This document shows positions 38,183-51,567 of a DNA stretch of 64,000 nt, one piece after another. The notes under the pieces were generated by a model. That model was not told the origin of the DNA. It was given only the letters and a program-made list of their open reading frames with translations, and did not search any database. The stretch spans positions 26,662,001 through 26,726,000 of the forward strand of contig OZ249436.1 in the NCBI GenBank assembly GCA_965235115.1, given 5' to 3'. The position numbers were made by a program, and so were the translations under genes. The stretch's first letter is position 1. Each line of letters starts with the position of its first letter. Origin of the DNA: Laetmonice hystrix. Taxonomy: Eukaryota.

Positions 38183-38274
38183 ACACCTCACATCCCATGA
38201 TCAGGCCAGAACTTGAACGTGGCCTGGAACGAGGTCGTAAGATCCTACAATCACGAGGAAAATTCTGCTTACAT
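38183..38274 (+). CDS. Coding exon B of the same gene
   Basis: gatag acceptor, gtaagt donor; 92 nt takes phase 1 to 0; DTSHPMIRPELERGLERGRKILQSRGKFCLH. Confidence 0.62.
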
Positions 38275-38668
38275 GTAAGTATGGCAACTTATATTGTGAT
38301 TCATGCGCCTTCGCTCATGATCATGGAAAACAAACCAAAACTGGAATTTTCGAGCAGTTATTCATTGCCGTAAGCGTTCAGAACTGAGATGTAACTCATA
38401 CTCTGTTTCAGTATTGCTGTTGTGGCCTGTTACAGGCCTAATTTGAGTTTAATTGCTATTAGGGATTAAGTTTTCTGTATCATTCAGAAACGACAACATG
38501 ACCTTAAGCCTGTTTCTGAATCTGTAACGGCAATCCACACCTATGTATACGGTCAAGGGTACTGGAGAAACGTGGGTTACCAAACCTTTGGCTGCAAGAT
38601 TCGAAATCCTGGTAAAATGTGACTTAGCGTTTTAATACGCTGCTGCCATCTTACGGCTAATATTACAG

Positions 38669-38866
38669 CTCGACTTGTGTCCGGCCATCAGAAAGTGGTT
38701 GAAAACATCCTACCCACGGGGTTGCTGCACGCTCTCGAGCATCAAAAGTCACAAAGCCAATCTCTACATCACAAACCACAACAAGCCAGAACACTGTTTC
38801 GACTGCAACCCGCTTTGGTACATACTTTTCTCGCCATGCTGGCTCCTGTCAGCACCCTGCTACAAG
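38669..38866 (+). CDS. Coding exon C of the same gene (Cys-rich, hydrophobic segment)
   Basis: ctaat branch-like site plus tacag acceptor, AAG|gtgggt donor; 198 nt; LDLCPAIRKWLKTSYPRGCC...HCFDCNPLWYILFSPCWLLSAPCYK. Confidence 0.75.
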
Positions 38867-39735
38867 GTGGGTCAACCATCAAGATGTTACCAAACCAATA
38901 GCTAAAAGAGTGAACTTAAGCTTATTCCTCGACTTCTAGTTCTCGGACTGGACCAAAGTTTTCAGTAGACCTATTTAAAAGTAAGCAGATGAGCTCTAAA
39001 AGTTATGTTCGTTTAGTTTGAGGTTGGGTTTTCATTAATTATAAATGCTTGAACAATGCAATGAACAAAATAATATCCACAGTCCATGTGTCCCAGTAAT
39101 TTGTCGAGTTCCCAGTCAGTATCAGAAGCGAGCTCGTTTTTATAGCCCGGACAATACAATAAACATGCCAGTAACCTTTGCTGTGTCTCGTTCTATAGCA
39201 CAGCCTGTTTAATCTGGAGCCTGTTCTGGTTCTGGACACCTGGGTCAGTCGACTGAGGGACAATTACCTCTAAACAATAAGTTGGATAGCTTTCTGTTGT
39301 AGAATTCCAGGTTGTCCGAGCTACGAATTTAGAATAAATTTATAGCGCCTTAGTAAGATGTCTTATATCCAGAGCACTTTTAGAATTTTCGGTCCTACGT
39401 TCAGGAGTGTGTGTGGGTGCGCGTGCAGTGTTGATGCATGCCCTACGAAAGTCGCAGGATATTGGGCGCACTCGGACGATGTCGGGTGGCTGCAGACCTT
39501 AAAAATTATGGCACTAGATGGCAGCACATGTGTACACACCATCGCCTATTCTTTCTTCCGCTTTTATCTCAATATTGACAAAATGTCATTGTGGTAAACC
39601 TTATCAAGCAAAATAAGTGAAAATCCTATCACAATTCATCCTACTTGATGTAAGCGAATAAAATGCAGCCCATGCCTAAAGGTTCATAGACTAGAATGCA
39701 GTTTGATGTTTGATTTGTGTGCGTTCTTTCTCCAG

Positions 39736-39838
39736 ATTTACAGATCCATCAAGTGTACAGACATTAAGGTCACACCGACTGTGCCCATCGTACGTCGCAG
39801 CATCCTTCCGACTGGGAAGGTCGTGGAAATTACAAGAT
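39736..39838 (+). CDS. Coding exon D of the same gene
   Basis: ttctttctccag acceptor, gtaagt donor; phase 0 in; IYRSIKCTDIKVTPTVPIVRRSILPTGKVVEITR. Confidence 0.75.
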
Positions 39839-42800
39839 GTAAGTAATTGTAGTCACAAGCTTTACACAGGCCCTCAGCGCATGCGTAACTCTGATGACAA
39901 TTCGTAACACTAAAACTTGGTTCGTACCGCCCTAACTGTATACAACAAACAGCAAGACGTGTTTCCACACAATATAGAACTACAGTCAGTCCGCTTCAAG
40001 TTCCACCATCAGTAATATTGAAACATTATACGGCACTTGGTTTAGCCAATTGTGATTCTTTTATTTTTCCTTCTTTCTGTTTACGAGTTATCTTCTATCC
40101 TCAGCCACAATAAAGAAACAACATATATACATTCACACGCCTCAAAACTGTTTTCAAACAAACCCTGTCTTTACCTTTTTCATATTTCTGTTCTGGTGAC
40201 TCTAGGTATAACAATAATTTGACAGTAGGCTCCTGTGTAAGTATGAAAGAATGTGCGAGTTATTTTCGCATTCTGAGCGCCTTACCAGACGGAAAGTCAC
40301 CGTGCTAGCTGTAGTGCGCCATGCAAACTACGGCAATGTTCCCGCTGTGCGGTTAAAACCAAAGGCATTGCTGCTGTAAATGGCAAGCTTTACATAAACC
40401 AACCATACCTTAGCGCATTTATTTACAAAAAAATCAACATTAGATTTTTTTTCTTTAGTTGACATGATACACGAATGACGTTTTTTGAAGGCATAACGCA
40501 TTTATAACTTGGCTAAACGTGGATTATGATAAGTGTGCATGTCTACGGACGATCATGTAGAGAAGAAGGAGGGTTAGAAAGAGCGCGTTGCACTGCAGAT
40601 TAAAACTTGCGGCTCTTGCTTTAACAGTCATTCGTTTTCAGCTCCTGTAAGTAGCACGCTCATGCACCCGGAACCTGGTTTTATTTCGATATAATTAATT
40701 AATAACCTCCTTATATGGCATCATGCAGCTATTTTAATAAAACGTGTGGCAAGCTTTAAAGGAAATACGAGAATAAAGGTCTACTTGTGTATAATTATCA
40801 TAAATATGTATAATATAACGTTCTATTATGCGATATCTAATTTTTAGCTTCCCCTCGTCTGTGTATGTATACCAAGATCAATAATTATTGATATATTTGA
40901 ATATACCTTTTCCCTCTCGCCTGTGTGGTCGAACGCTCCTAACCTCTGTCTGATCCATGTTTTATACAAGTCCTATTTAAAACAACAATTCACAGCTTAA
41001 GAAAACGTTAAGATGTAGCAATCATTTTTGACCTGTGTAGAATATGATGTTGTTTTCCAATTTGAAGAGTATCTTATCATGCGTAAGACAGATGTTAAGT
41101 GGTTTTATGCTATATTGTGTTCGGGCTGCCCCTTTATGCACAAAAAGATATGGTATGTCTCTAAATTAATCCTTATTCTGGTGAAAATCTGTATGACCCA
41201 ATTACGCCCCACCCAGTGCTGAATCCATTTCCTCCACCCGACTATGGTAAAAGGCCGACACGGACTCCTACGTGCCCACATGTCATGGAAACTGAACTGT
41301 CTATCCTTCTTCCGTGCACTTATTAGGTTACACACGTCCTGGATGATTTCTATAAAACCGCATGTATTAACTCCTCTGTGAAGTCTCACGTACTATATCT
41401 CTTCTACTATCCTCAGCGTTATCATCTGTTGTTCTTTTATGTACACTTGCCCTCGTACTTTATGGCGGAATTGTTTAACAAGGTGTCGGGTCTAATAAAA
41501 AAAACACTTTCTTACCAAAAAAGGGTGAAGAGTATGTCAGCGAACAACAGAAATGAACAATGAGAGACTATTCACAGCGTAAAGATAGATGGCTATGATT
41601 GGTGTGGTAATGTCGTGTCAGTTTAGTTACAGTTTTATTCCACCCCGTTATATTATGTCAAATTATTCGTAGATACCCGACCAAGCTCCTGTATATAATT
41701 CATTAAGTTTCAATTCTTGCGTCTACGTTAACGGATGAGAAAAGTGAACCATTTGGTAAAATTTGTTCTGACTATTATTCTTGTCCCTAAGAATTATAAC
41801 AGGTACGAGTTTTGTTTAGGTTATAATTGACTTCATCCTATGCTAGGAATTTGTTACCTCCCCCAACGAAGTTGGAAGGAGGTTATGTTTTCATTTTAGA
41901 TGAAAAGCTCTCTGTGCAAGTATTCAAATATCCCTCAAATCACTTTTCTCGATCAAAAGCTTTTAGAAACTTTTTATATTTTCTCCCAAGAACTAAAAGA
42001 TAAATTTCAAAGTATTTGCATTGTTTATTACCTTTATAAAAGGAATATACACTTAGCAGAATGAGTCCTATTGAATAGCTGCACTTTTTGAAGCCAGAAA
42101 AGCCATTCCAGTAAGGTATCATCTTTGTTAACTGATATTTATGAACCAAGCTCATACTTAGAAAGCAGTCATTTACATAAGTGATATTTCCGATCGACGA
42201 TGTCTGCTTTCGGTTGTTGGGCAATATTTTCCCCATACACAGAAGAAGCTTATTTCCATCTCATTTGAATGGTTTCAATATAATGTGTAGATTCCTTTCA
42301 CAAAAGTACAAACTTTGAAATTTCCATTAAAGCAGAAATCGATTTGGCATTCAACTTTAAAATAGAAAATCAATATCTAGAAAGATGAGCGTCACACCTG
42401 AGTTCACGAACATTATCCGGTAGATTATTCATTACAACTGTTACATATGTTATTGTTTTGGGGTGTATTTTTGTTAAATCATTATTATCATTTCTATCAT
42501 TGAATTTGCTAACTTTGTTACTGTTGTTGGCATGTTTCGGTTGGTGGATTCCTGAGCAGTTGTTCTCTGTGTTTCAGGATTCACCCCCGTTCCCATAACC
42601 CGCGGCCACCTACGATTATTACGTCACGTTGGGACTTTCCCTCGCAAACCACTGTATCAACGACTAACTCTTGCGTTGACTCCCACCATTGGGGAGCGCG
42701 CGCCCTTTCTTGAACTGCCATGATATCAATGGCGAAGAATGAGTGGACCCTCGCGTACCTCTACCAAGCACGTGTTTTTTACAACCCCCGCAAAAAAGAG

Positions 42801-43487
42801 ACACACACCCTTTATTATTGTTCGTTGTGTTGATTTATTCCTGATGAAAGTGTCGTCCCAATCACGAAAACGTTCCAACTACGTCACCCTGTGTTCCCTC
42901 TGAAATCAAAAAAACCTAGGCGTTATTTCCCCTCATTCAGTAGATATCGTGTTAAACCTTTCAAAGATAGCCTAAAGATGACTTTCCTCCTCATTTTAGT
43001 GTTTCACTAATTGTTTCTGATCCAGGGGGTCATCTACCAGATTGATTCGATTCTAAGACGCATGTCTTCTTCCAAAGTCATCGAATTTTCACGCGTTGTC
43101 GATCACGTGATATCGACGAGGATTGGCTGTAGAGTATGTGACGTCAGGTGAGGTGGAATCAGGTGCCCCAGTGCACGCAAAGTCTTCCATTTAACCTCGT
43201 GCACTACAGGTGAATTTGTCAAAAACAATACCAATCTTATTCCATGTCTGTTATTCCGAACAAAGATAGATTATTCACGCCAATTACAGTCTAATAAACA
43301 CAGGGTGAATGAAATGACAAATTGCAGAAAAGGTAACGTGTTTTACCAGTAACTATGAAAATGTAATTTTAACGAAAGCATGTAATTGAAAGATTACATC
43401 AGTGTAGCCCTAATATTAGGAAAACAGAGGTATATGGTTCATCCAAATTATAGGATTCTTAACATTAATTGAAAAATTATATCATGA

Positions 43488-43646
43488 CAGGTAAGGGCGT
43501 AGCTCCCAATACGCAATTACGAAAGTTTTTACCCATAATTAAATCAATCTTACGTACGTGGGAATTCATTTAACATTTGTTTTACATAAAACATTTCTAT
43601 AACAAAATGTTGCGTATCGATAAAAACGAACACAGCTACGCCCCTG
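43488..43646. mobile_element. Small MITE
   Basis: gggcgtagct...atacgcaa / ttgcgtat...agctacgcccctg inverted ends. Confidence 0.55.
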
Positions 43647-46600
43647 TCAATCATCGTTACAAAATATTTATCATGAAAAAATAAGTCGCTCCTTCCATAA
43701 TATTTATTTCAAGGAACCATTTTGATCACAAATGTGATGGTGGACATGCCCTTTAAAAAATGTGATTTAAAGGTGGTTCGCGTTTTGCACTGATGCCAAC
43801 TTATGGGAATAAAAACCGTGGTAAGCCTGCATGGCATGGGAGACCAGGCCAGCGAGGCTTCCGGGTGAGTCACAGGTAGAAACTACAGTACTCGTGCACG
43901 TTCATGTCTGGAGAGTGCATTGCAAGTTGAACATCATGCTACAGTTGGAGAAACTGTACTATATAAGACGACAGAGAATGTTAACAGCTAACGCGTGCAT
44001 TCCTGTTCCATCGGTACAAGGCTAATTGCGTTCATCTGGACGTTGGATTCAAATTAGGAACACAAAACATGAACGATTTTCTTATTTTATTTATTTATTT
44101 TATTCCGTTCCCGAACAAGGACCGTGTAGAACTACAAATAACTCACGCCAAAAATACGCATGTTATTCCCCCCTTTATTGTTAATTAAATGAGCAGTTGT
44201 AACAAATGCGTAGGTCTTGTGGTGAAATCTGTGTATTGTGGAATGATAGAAACATGTGCTCCTTGATTTGGTTCCAATGACGTTGTCCAGGCATAATTTA
44301 CCATCGTGTATCATTACACAGACAGCCAGCTTTGATTAGTCATGTAAATATAATTCGAAGTGCCTCACAAGCTACTTATTAGAGTAATGCGCAAATCTTC
44401 AACAATTTGTCTCTGCTAAAAGCTACCAAATTAACGTTGCCTGTGTGTGAAGAAAAAGCGGTTTGTGCGGTTTGTGTTTAGATGATTGCGTATTATGGAG
44501 CCCGACCAATGATTTTTGAAAAAAAAGACCAAAAAAAGTATAAAAAGAAATGATATTATTGCTATTTGTGCGACCGGTGCCCGGTATAGACGCAGTGTTC
44601 TTAGTGTCCATTGTAGGCCTTAATCTTAGACTTGTCGCAGGTTGACAGCGTTCTTAAGCATACTCATTATTGTATTGACTATTGTAATATTTGTTAGGCA
44701 GGTATTTTGTTTTGCTCTCTTACCGTTCAGTGGAACCGGAAGTGTTTGATATGATATGACGATTTTAATGTAACACTTCCGTCGTGGTGATGTTAAGCCC
44801 TGTAAAATATAAATATTCTTATTATGAATTTCTTATAAACCAGAAGGCCGGTAACTCTGTGTTTTGTGCGGTTTATGTGAATACTTAAAACAGTGGCGAA
44901 TAGCGAGGGGGTATACTTCGTGTACTAACCAACTGTGAAAGATGGGTGTTTACAATAATTGAAAAACACAATATTCCCAGGGGAGGCTCCGGACTTCCTG
45001 CCTGCTTGCCATGATTAGGGCGCCGTTTTTTTACCCTTACTCTGGGGCACACGAACCCTCGCTATGGCACTGACTAATTATGAAACATATTCTTGCATCA
45101 ATTTACGGGAATCATATGTCGCCATCCATTTTTCATCATTCTGAAATTGTCTGTGTGGATTATAGCTAATGGCAGTATATCAACGAAAACATTAAAGGTA
45201 TCTATGTACTCGGTCCCTGTCAAACAGTGTATAATTTTAAATTGCTGACATCCAAATGGCAATGGTGTGGTTGCATCTTCCACGGCGGGGTATAGATGTC
45301 GCTATAGGTGTGTGGGTCGGTCTAGCATGCTAGGCTTTTAAATAAAGAGTGTTACATACGGATATTGAACGTATCTGTGTTGTTCTTAAAAAAATATATA
45401 CGGCGGAAAAAGAACTAACATCGTAAAGATAAGAGTGAAAGGTGACAGTGACAGTGACAGTTGAAACTTTAGACCAATCAAAAATAGAACCGTCTTGGAC
45501 GGGTGCTAGTATAGAAGATCACCAGTCTATAACACAAACGTCATCATTAGACTAATTGAAAACTTGAAAATTAGTAGGGGCGTGATTTCTTTCTGGAAGT
45601 GTGTTGACATGTTATCAGAAAGATTAGAGCTCTTGTGGTTTCGATCTATAACACAAGATCAAGATTAACATGCCATTGCCCTACGTCACACTTCACAGAG
45701 CAATCTCTAGCATAGGCGGCGGGATCGTGGGTGGAGCAAAGGGGCGGTTGTAGTAAAGGTCTAAGAGATCTTGCAACTGGGAATGTATTTCTATCTCTCC
45801 CGGGGAAAATATCGGACCTCAACATGCAGTCTTGGGTTGTGTACGTGAGTAACAAAATGTAGTAGTACAGCCTGAGAATAGCCTAAGTTACCGCAGCGAT
45901 CCAATCGGAACGACCGAGCCATTTCCGGTTTACTTTCATTTCGGGAACTGGACTCGGACACCCCTCGACGCATTAATATACATGGATTCCATGTATCGCC
46001 CCAGTGCGCAATGACACAAGACTGGCACAGGTAGTGAGATGCCGGCAGAAATAGAGTCCCTTAAGCTACTGTCCCACTGCGCCGTTTGATGATTACGTCT
46101 TAAAAACGAAGGCTAAAAAAACGACCCCCCCCCCCGCCTCTTAAAGTTATGGGTATGGAATAAAATGACCACAATTTTTTTTAGTTTGGGACGGGCTATT
46201 GTATGATTGACACGGAAACGGCCGACCTAAATTAGTTTGACTATAATTCCGACACGAATTGTTCAGTGTGTTTGGGTTAGGGTAAAGGTCGTGTGCGGGT
46301 TAGTGTTAGTTTAGTCCCAAAATTGTCGTTAAACAGGCACTAATTTGATGTCGGTGTTTATAAGAAACATTCTATTTGTTATTGACATTGCTCGGTCCCA
46401 TGTCGCTTCTCCCATCTCGCATCTCGCTGGTCCCCTGTCGCTTGTTGTATGTCGCTTCTCACATCTCGCTGGCCCCATGTCGCTTTTCGTATCTCGCAAC
46501 ACCGACGGTGCTTCTGATTGGCTGTTTCTAGGTCATATGCGGAGGCGAAGCAAGCCTCGGATGTATGAAGCGGCCATTTTCCCAGGATATGACGCGAGTA

Positions 46601-47291
46601 AATCGTGGGTTAGCCGAGTGCACCACAGGCCAGACACTGGCGAGTGGCCGCCATTGTTGTTTACATGCGACGGTACGAAAGTAGAGCGCTGACCCTATCT
46701 GACCCAATATGGCGACCTCCCATTGGTATCCGGAGTCTCCAGGAGGGGTATCCACGTTCGCAGCGCCATCTAGGTCGAGCGATAATAGAGAACCAAAACA
46801 ATGCGACCGAGACGACTCAAAGTAAAATTGAGTATTTTGACAAAAATGCTGTTTACACGTGAAAACTTAATCAATTTGCCAAATTCGAGTTGGAGTCGCT
46901 TACACAGTATAGTATCTTCTTTCTATTTATATCGGATTTGGGAGCCTTTGTGCTCTATAAATATAAATTTAACCAATTCTTCGGACTTGGTCCGCCACTC
47001 TGCGATGACTGATAAATTGCTAAAAAATGGTTAACTTTAGACGCTGACCATACGTTAACTAGACGAGCGTTAAAAAATCAGTTAACACCGATGGAAAGCT
47101 CATCATATTTTTGTTTCTAATTCCTCAACCCCGCTCGCAAGCGCTCCAAGATGTCTGTGTCATTACAGCACTTTTCTGGTAGTCTGTCTTGGCCACTGGT
47201 ATCGGCTGTTCAGCATACTTCTCGTTGAACTGACCATTAGTCAGGGAGCATGTTGCATAAAATAAAGTCCCGTTGGCAATTTTTGATGAAA

Positions 47292-48065
47292 GCAAGCAAC
47301 CCCCTAGATGTCTTTAGGGGGTCCCAAATAATACAAAAAAAACTTGTTGGCAATCTAGCAATGGCGGCTACTTCCGGTAAAGCGCGAAATCCAAAACGGC
47401 TGCCAGTCGCCATATTAAAATTGTATGTTTCGATTCCCTTGTCATAGAAGCATGTATAATAGCACTTTTTCCACTAAATCTCATACGAGGAATCGATTTC
47501 TGGCATTTCCGGTTGAAATCCAAGAAATATGCTGATAAATGTAACTACTGAACTGCTTGGCCTGGAACATGTATGATAGGACTTTTTCGACCAAATGTGA
47601 CATGAAGAATCTATTCCCGTCATTATTTTTCCATTTGGAGGCCTCCTTGATGCTGATATCCAAGATGGCTCTCAGTGATGAGCTTGAAAATATCTTTCAT
47701 CAGTGCTCTTGAAGTCTGCATTGACCGAGAATTGCGCTGACTCTAAGTTAATTGCACGTTTTGATAGCTGGTCTATCTTCAAGCAGTTAGCAACCCCCTA
47801 GATGTCTTTATGGGGTCCGAAATAATACAAACTTGTTGGCAATCTAGGAATGGCAGCTACTTCCGGTAAAGAGCGAAATCCAAAATGGTTGGCAGTCACC
47901 ATATTAAAATTGTATGTTTCGATTCCGATGTCATAGAAGCATGTATAATAACACGTGTTCCACTAAATCTCACACGAGGAACCGATCCCTGGCATTATTA
48001 TGCTATAATTATGGAGGCCTCCTTCTGGTTGAAATCCAAGATAGTCACCTGTGGCCATGCTGAAA
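47292..48065. repeat. ~495-bp tandem duplication, probably transposon-internal
   Basis: agcaaccccctagatgtcttta...gctacttccggtaaag...catattaaaattgtatgtttcgattcc at ~47295 and ~47789. Confidence 0.8.
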
Positions 48066-48560
48066 ATATAACTATTGAACTCGGTGTTCCGATTGCGCAG
48101 CGACCCTAGTGTTGTGTTTGAGAAACGCTTGCACAAATCAGCGCCCCCTTGTTTATTTGGAGAAAAGCTTGCTGCAGGACCTGGATGGTGTAAGAGGTAC
48201 GTAGGTCCACTGTGCCTTAGTTACTAGGCTTACAAGCATTCCATCATGTACCTCCCACCCCATTTACGTACTATAGGCCGTGGCTAGAAATCGATTTTCG
48301 TGACCACCCCCGAGAGACAATTCCGACCTGTAGAACCCGAATTTGATTGTTGTCAAGTCCAATCCTTGCACAATACTGAGCTTCATGGAATTTGACATAC
48401 AAATAATATTTTTTTTATTAGGGTAATTCTCCACCAGGCTTACGCCACTATTACTTAACTGTTCGATAATTGCGAGAGGTACTTGTAACGAGTCCCAACA
48501 CATTAATGGGTAGCTAGCTCTTGAAGTCGTTTGAGGAAATCGGTAGAGTCTTATATATAT

Positions 48561-49257
48561 TGATAACGTCCTATCCTCACGGAAGGTGGAGCTGAGGAAT
48601 CCAACATCTGAATACGTCCATGTAGATTTCAACCATTTATTTCACAAGTCCACAATACTCCCAAGTGCGTGAACAAGCATACGTATAATCCGCAGTAATT
48701 GACTAAGTCCACCCAGTACACCATAAACTTCTAATAATACCTGTCGTTAATCCTTTCGTCCCTCCTGGCTACTGCTTTCACTGTCTTCTATCACGATCGT
48801 ATTTCCTCCTCAATCTGTCTATCTGCCGATCTCGCTTCCAACTCTCTAGCTGTTTCCTACAGTAAAGATCCTCTAAGTGATTTCCGCACAACTCCGACGC
48901 GCTCGCCTTCGACCATCACCCGGGGCGTATATTTCCTTCTCTAGTTGCTATCCGCTCCTCGCTCTATCTCCGGTCTATCTCTCTCTGATCTCCGTATCTA
49001 CCTTTTATACCTACAGCTGTTCCATTTACTCGCCTCCCCTCTTAGCTGCTTTTTTTCGTCGCTGTTCTATCTACCTGCCTGCACTCTCACCTTTTTTTCT
49101 CTGTTCTCGCCCTTCCATCTACTTGCCTGCACTCGCTGTAACCTAATCTCCACTCTCCTCCTGTGAGATGTTTTATTGCTCGCCAGCTGGGCCCCGTCTG
49201 GGTTCCCTGTCTCGACTCCGCCTCTATACTCCGTGTGTTAACCAACACATTATTACA
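48561..49257 (-). mobile_element. Probable solo LTR
   Basis: TG...CA ends with short inverted termini (tgataa / ttattaca); AATAAA on the minus strand ~75 bp from its 3' end; strong strand skew; no convincing TSD. Confidence 0.45.
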
Positions 49258-49504
49258 ATGCTACTTTTCTCTTCTTCATCCCAGAGAAATGTTTTATAAC
49301 AGTTTCGATATTCACCCCTCATATCCCCCCCCCCCCCCTTCTACAATTATGCAATAAGCTATAAGGTTCTTTTTCCGGGCTCAGTTTCCCGACCATGATA
49401 TTTCAAATTTCCCGCAGATATTTCCCCAAACTTTCCCAAAATACTTCCAGGGGGTATGAAGTATGCCCCCTGCTCCCTGTAGCTACGCCACTGCCTTAGA
49501 CCTG

Positions 49505-49764
49505 GGCCCGTTTTTTTGTTTACTGTTCCACCGTGAGCAAGGGTGAGCTGAGCTGAGCAAGGGTGGGCATGAGCTCATTCTCACCGTTTTACTCACCGTA
49601 TCCGTTTTCTGGGGGTTTTCCGGTGAGCTTGCTCACCATGAGCACGCCTCATGGAAAAAAGCAACCCCCAAAACACGAAAACGGTGAGAATGAGCTCATA
49701 CTCACCCTTGCTCAGCTCAGCTCACCCTTGCTCACGGTGGAAAAGTGAACAAAAAAACCGGGCC
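49505..49764. mobile_element. Harbinger-type MITE with ~85-bp TIRs and CTG TSD
   Basis: ctg|ggcccgtttt...ccaccgtgagcaagggtgagctgagc ... gctcagctcacccttgctcacggtgg...aaaccgggcc|ctg. Confidence 0.88.
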
Positions 49765-50834
49765 CTGATCTGTAACCCCAATGGCCAATGTAACCGTACG
49801 TGGGGGAGCTAATATTATGTTGATCCCCCGTATAATGTTGTATTGGAATTAAAAAATAATTACCCCCCCCCCCCCCAGATTTTGTAAGAAAGTTAGGCGG
49901 ATAGAGGGGGGGTGTCAAGTGTGGAGGGCGTGCCAAGAGGAAGGGGTGTACCTATGTGTATATTTTTAAACTTTCAAACAGAAAAAAAAGATAAATTACT
50001 TCGAAAGTTGGGTTGCAACCCCCGCCCCGCCCACCCTCCCCGCCCGGATCCGTCACTGAGGCCTATACCATAGGCATAAGCCTATATGAGAAATAAACTT
50101 CTGTGGGCCTTGGAGGGCTGTAACGTTATAGCCGCTATATATCAGAGGCATCGGGTCAAGAGAGGTAACGTCCTGGGAGGTTGTAGTAAAAATGGACGGG
50201 TGACCTTGGATGTTACTGTCAGACTCCATATCCGATGCGCGCCATGTGATTGTCGACCAAGATTCCATGTCCCACTCACCCCGAGTCAGGTGGTCAAGTC
50301 AATGGGCGGCAGTCGCCCATGTTGTCGATACGGGAGTCCACTCGTGGCGGTCTTTAGACGGGGCGACATGCCAATTTCGTCGGTCGAAAACATAGCGAAA
50401 AATCTCTTGCCGGAAGCTTAAATTAAAAGGAATTGGTCGTAATACCCTCCGACTAATGAAATGATTGCTAAAAACTGTTATTTATAAGGAGAATATTGTC
50501 GACTGGAGAATGAAATGTAGACTACACTTGGGACATGGAGTCTGACATACATGTACTCAACTGGGAGATGGCGCGCAAACAATCTGCGTCTCCTTGCAAT
50601 CTTTCTGCACACTCGCGGGCCTTCTTCCAACTTAGCGCCATTTCTTGAACGAATAAACCTTTTGTCTCAAGCCACGACAGGCCTCCCAGCCCATTCAAAG
50701 CAAACTGGAATCAAAGCAAAAATTATCCCTTGGAGGAATAAACCTTTTGTCTCCTACCATGACAGACCTCCCAGCACATTAAAAGGAATTAGGCCTATCC
50801 TGGTTTCATTTTGAGGCTGCCTCGAGTTCATTGC

Positions 50835-51127
50835 AACCTATAATTAATCTGATATTTTCTATTGTTAATCTATAATTCTATATTTATAATCTATATCTAT
50901 AATTCTATATTTAATTTGATATTTAATTTTATATTTAATTCTACACTTAATTCTATACTTAAGGTTCATATTATTAATTCTATAATTAATCTATAATTCT
51001 ATATTCTATATTTAATTAATATTATATCTATATTTATTATATCTATATTTATATTATATTTATATTTTATTAATAAATCTTCTATTTCTATTTCTATTCT
51101 TATTCTAATTCTAATTTCTAATTAATC
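50835..51127. repeat. AT-rich low-complexity tract
   Basis: Degenerate attctat/atttaat repeats. Confidence 0.8.
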
Positions 51128-51351
51128 TGTTGATCATCGCTAGGATCACACCTGGCTCGAACAGTGAAAACCAGATAATCAGATGCCGCTTGACCTACCT
51201 ATACACCACATCGTACACGTAACATGGTCCTCATGGTCGTGAATCGTGATGGCTCACTGTCACAAGGTTGCCTCATCATGAACGGGTATAAATCAAAAAT
51301 ATCATCATTATGTGATACGTTCCCTATTTCATCTTTCGTTAATATATCTAT

Positions 51352-51567
51352 AGTCTGCTCGCTCTAAGAAGAGCTCGACCTCGGCCTCATTAAAGCTCTG
51401 ACCTGCCCTCCTCCTCCCGTCTACCCACAGCTGGCGTATCACAAGTCATCACCGCCTGTCATTCAAGAATATGACCAAATTCCACGTGGTTCTGTATTAC
51501 CCGAAATGAAGTAGGCCTAGTAGCTTTAATGAGGCCGAGGTCGAGCTCTTCTTAGAGTGAACAGACT
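51352..51567. mobile_element. MITE with ~45-bp TIRs
   Basis: agtctgctcgctctaagaagagctcgacctcggcctcattaaagct / agctttaatgaggccgaggtcgagctcttcttagagtgaacagact. Confidence 0.8.

Noticed and set aside
41180..41330. PPPDY-containing frame as last exon of the 37-40 kb gene
   Set aside because: No AG acceptor between the upstream stop and the frame.
42841..42880. Penelope-type hammerhead ribozyme (ctgatga...cacgaaaacgtt)
   Set aside because: Core motifs and a 3-bp stem II are present, but stem I does not pair and no Penelope ORF was seen.
46270..46315. Telomeric TTAGGG-like motif
   Set aside because: One exact unit only; more likely an internal motif of a MITE.
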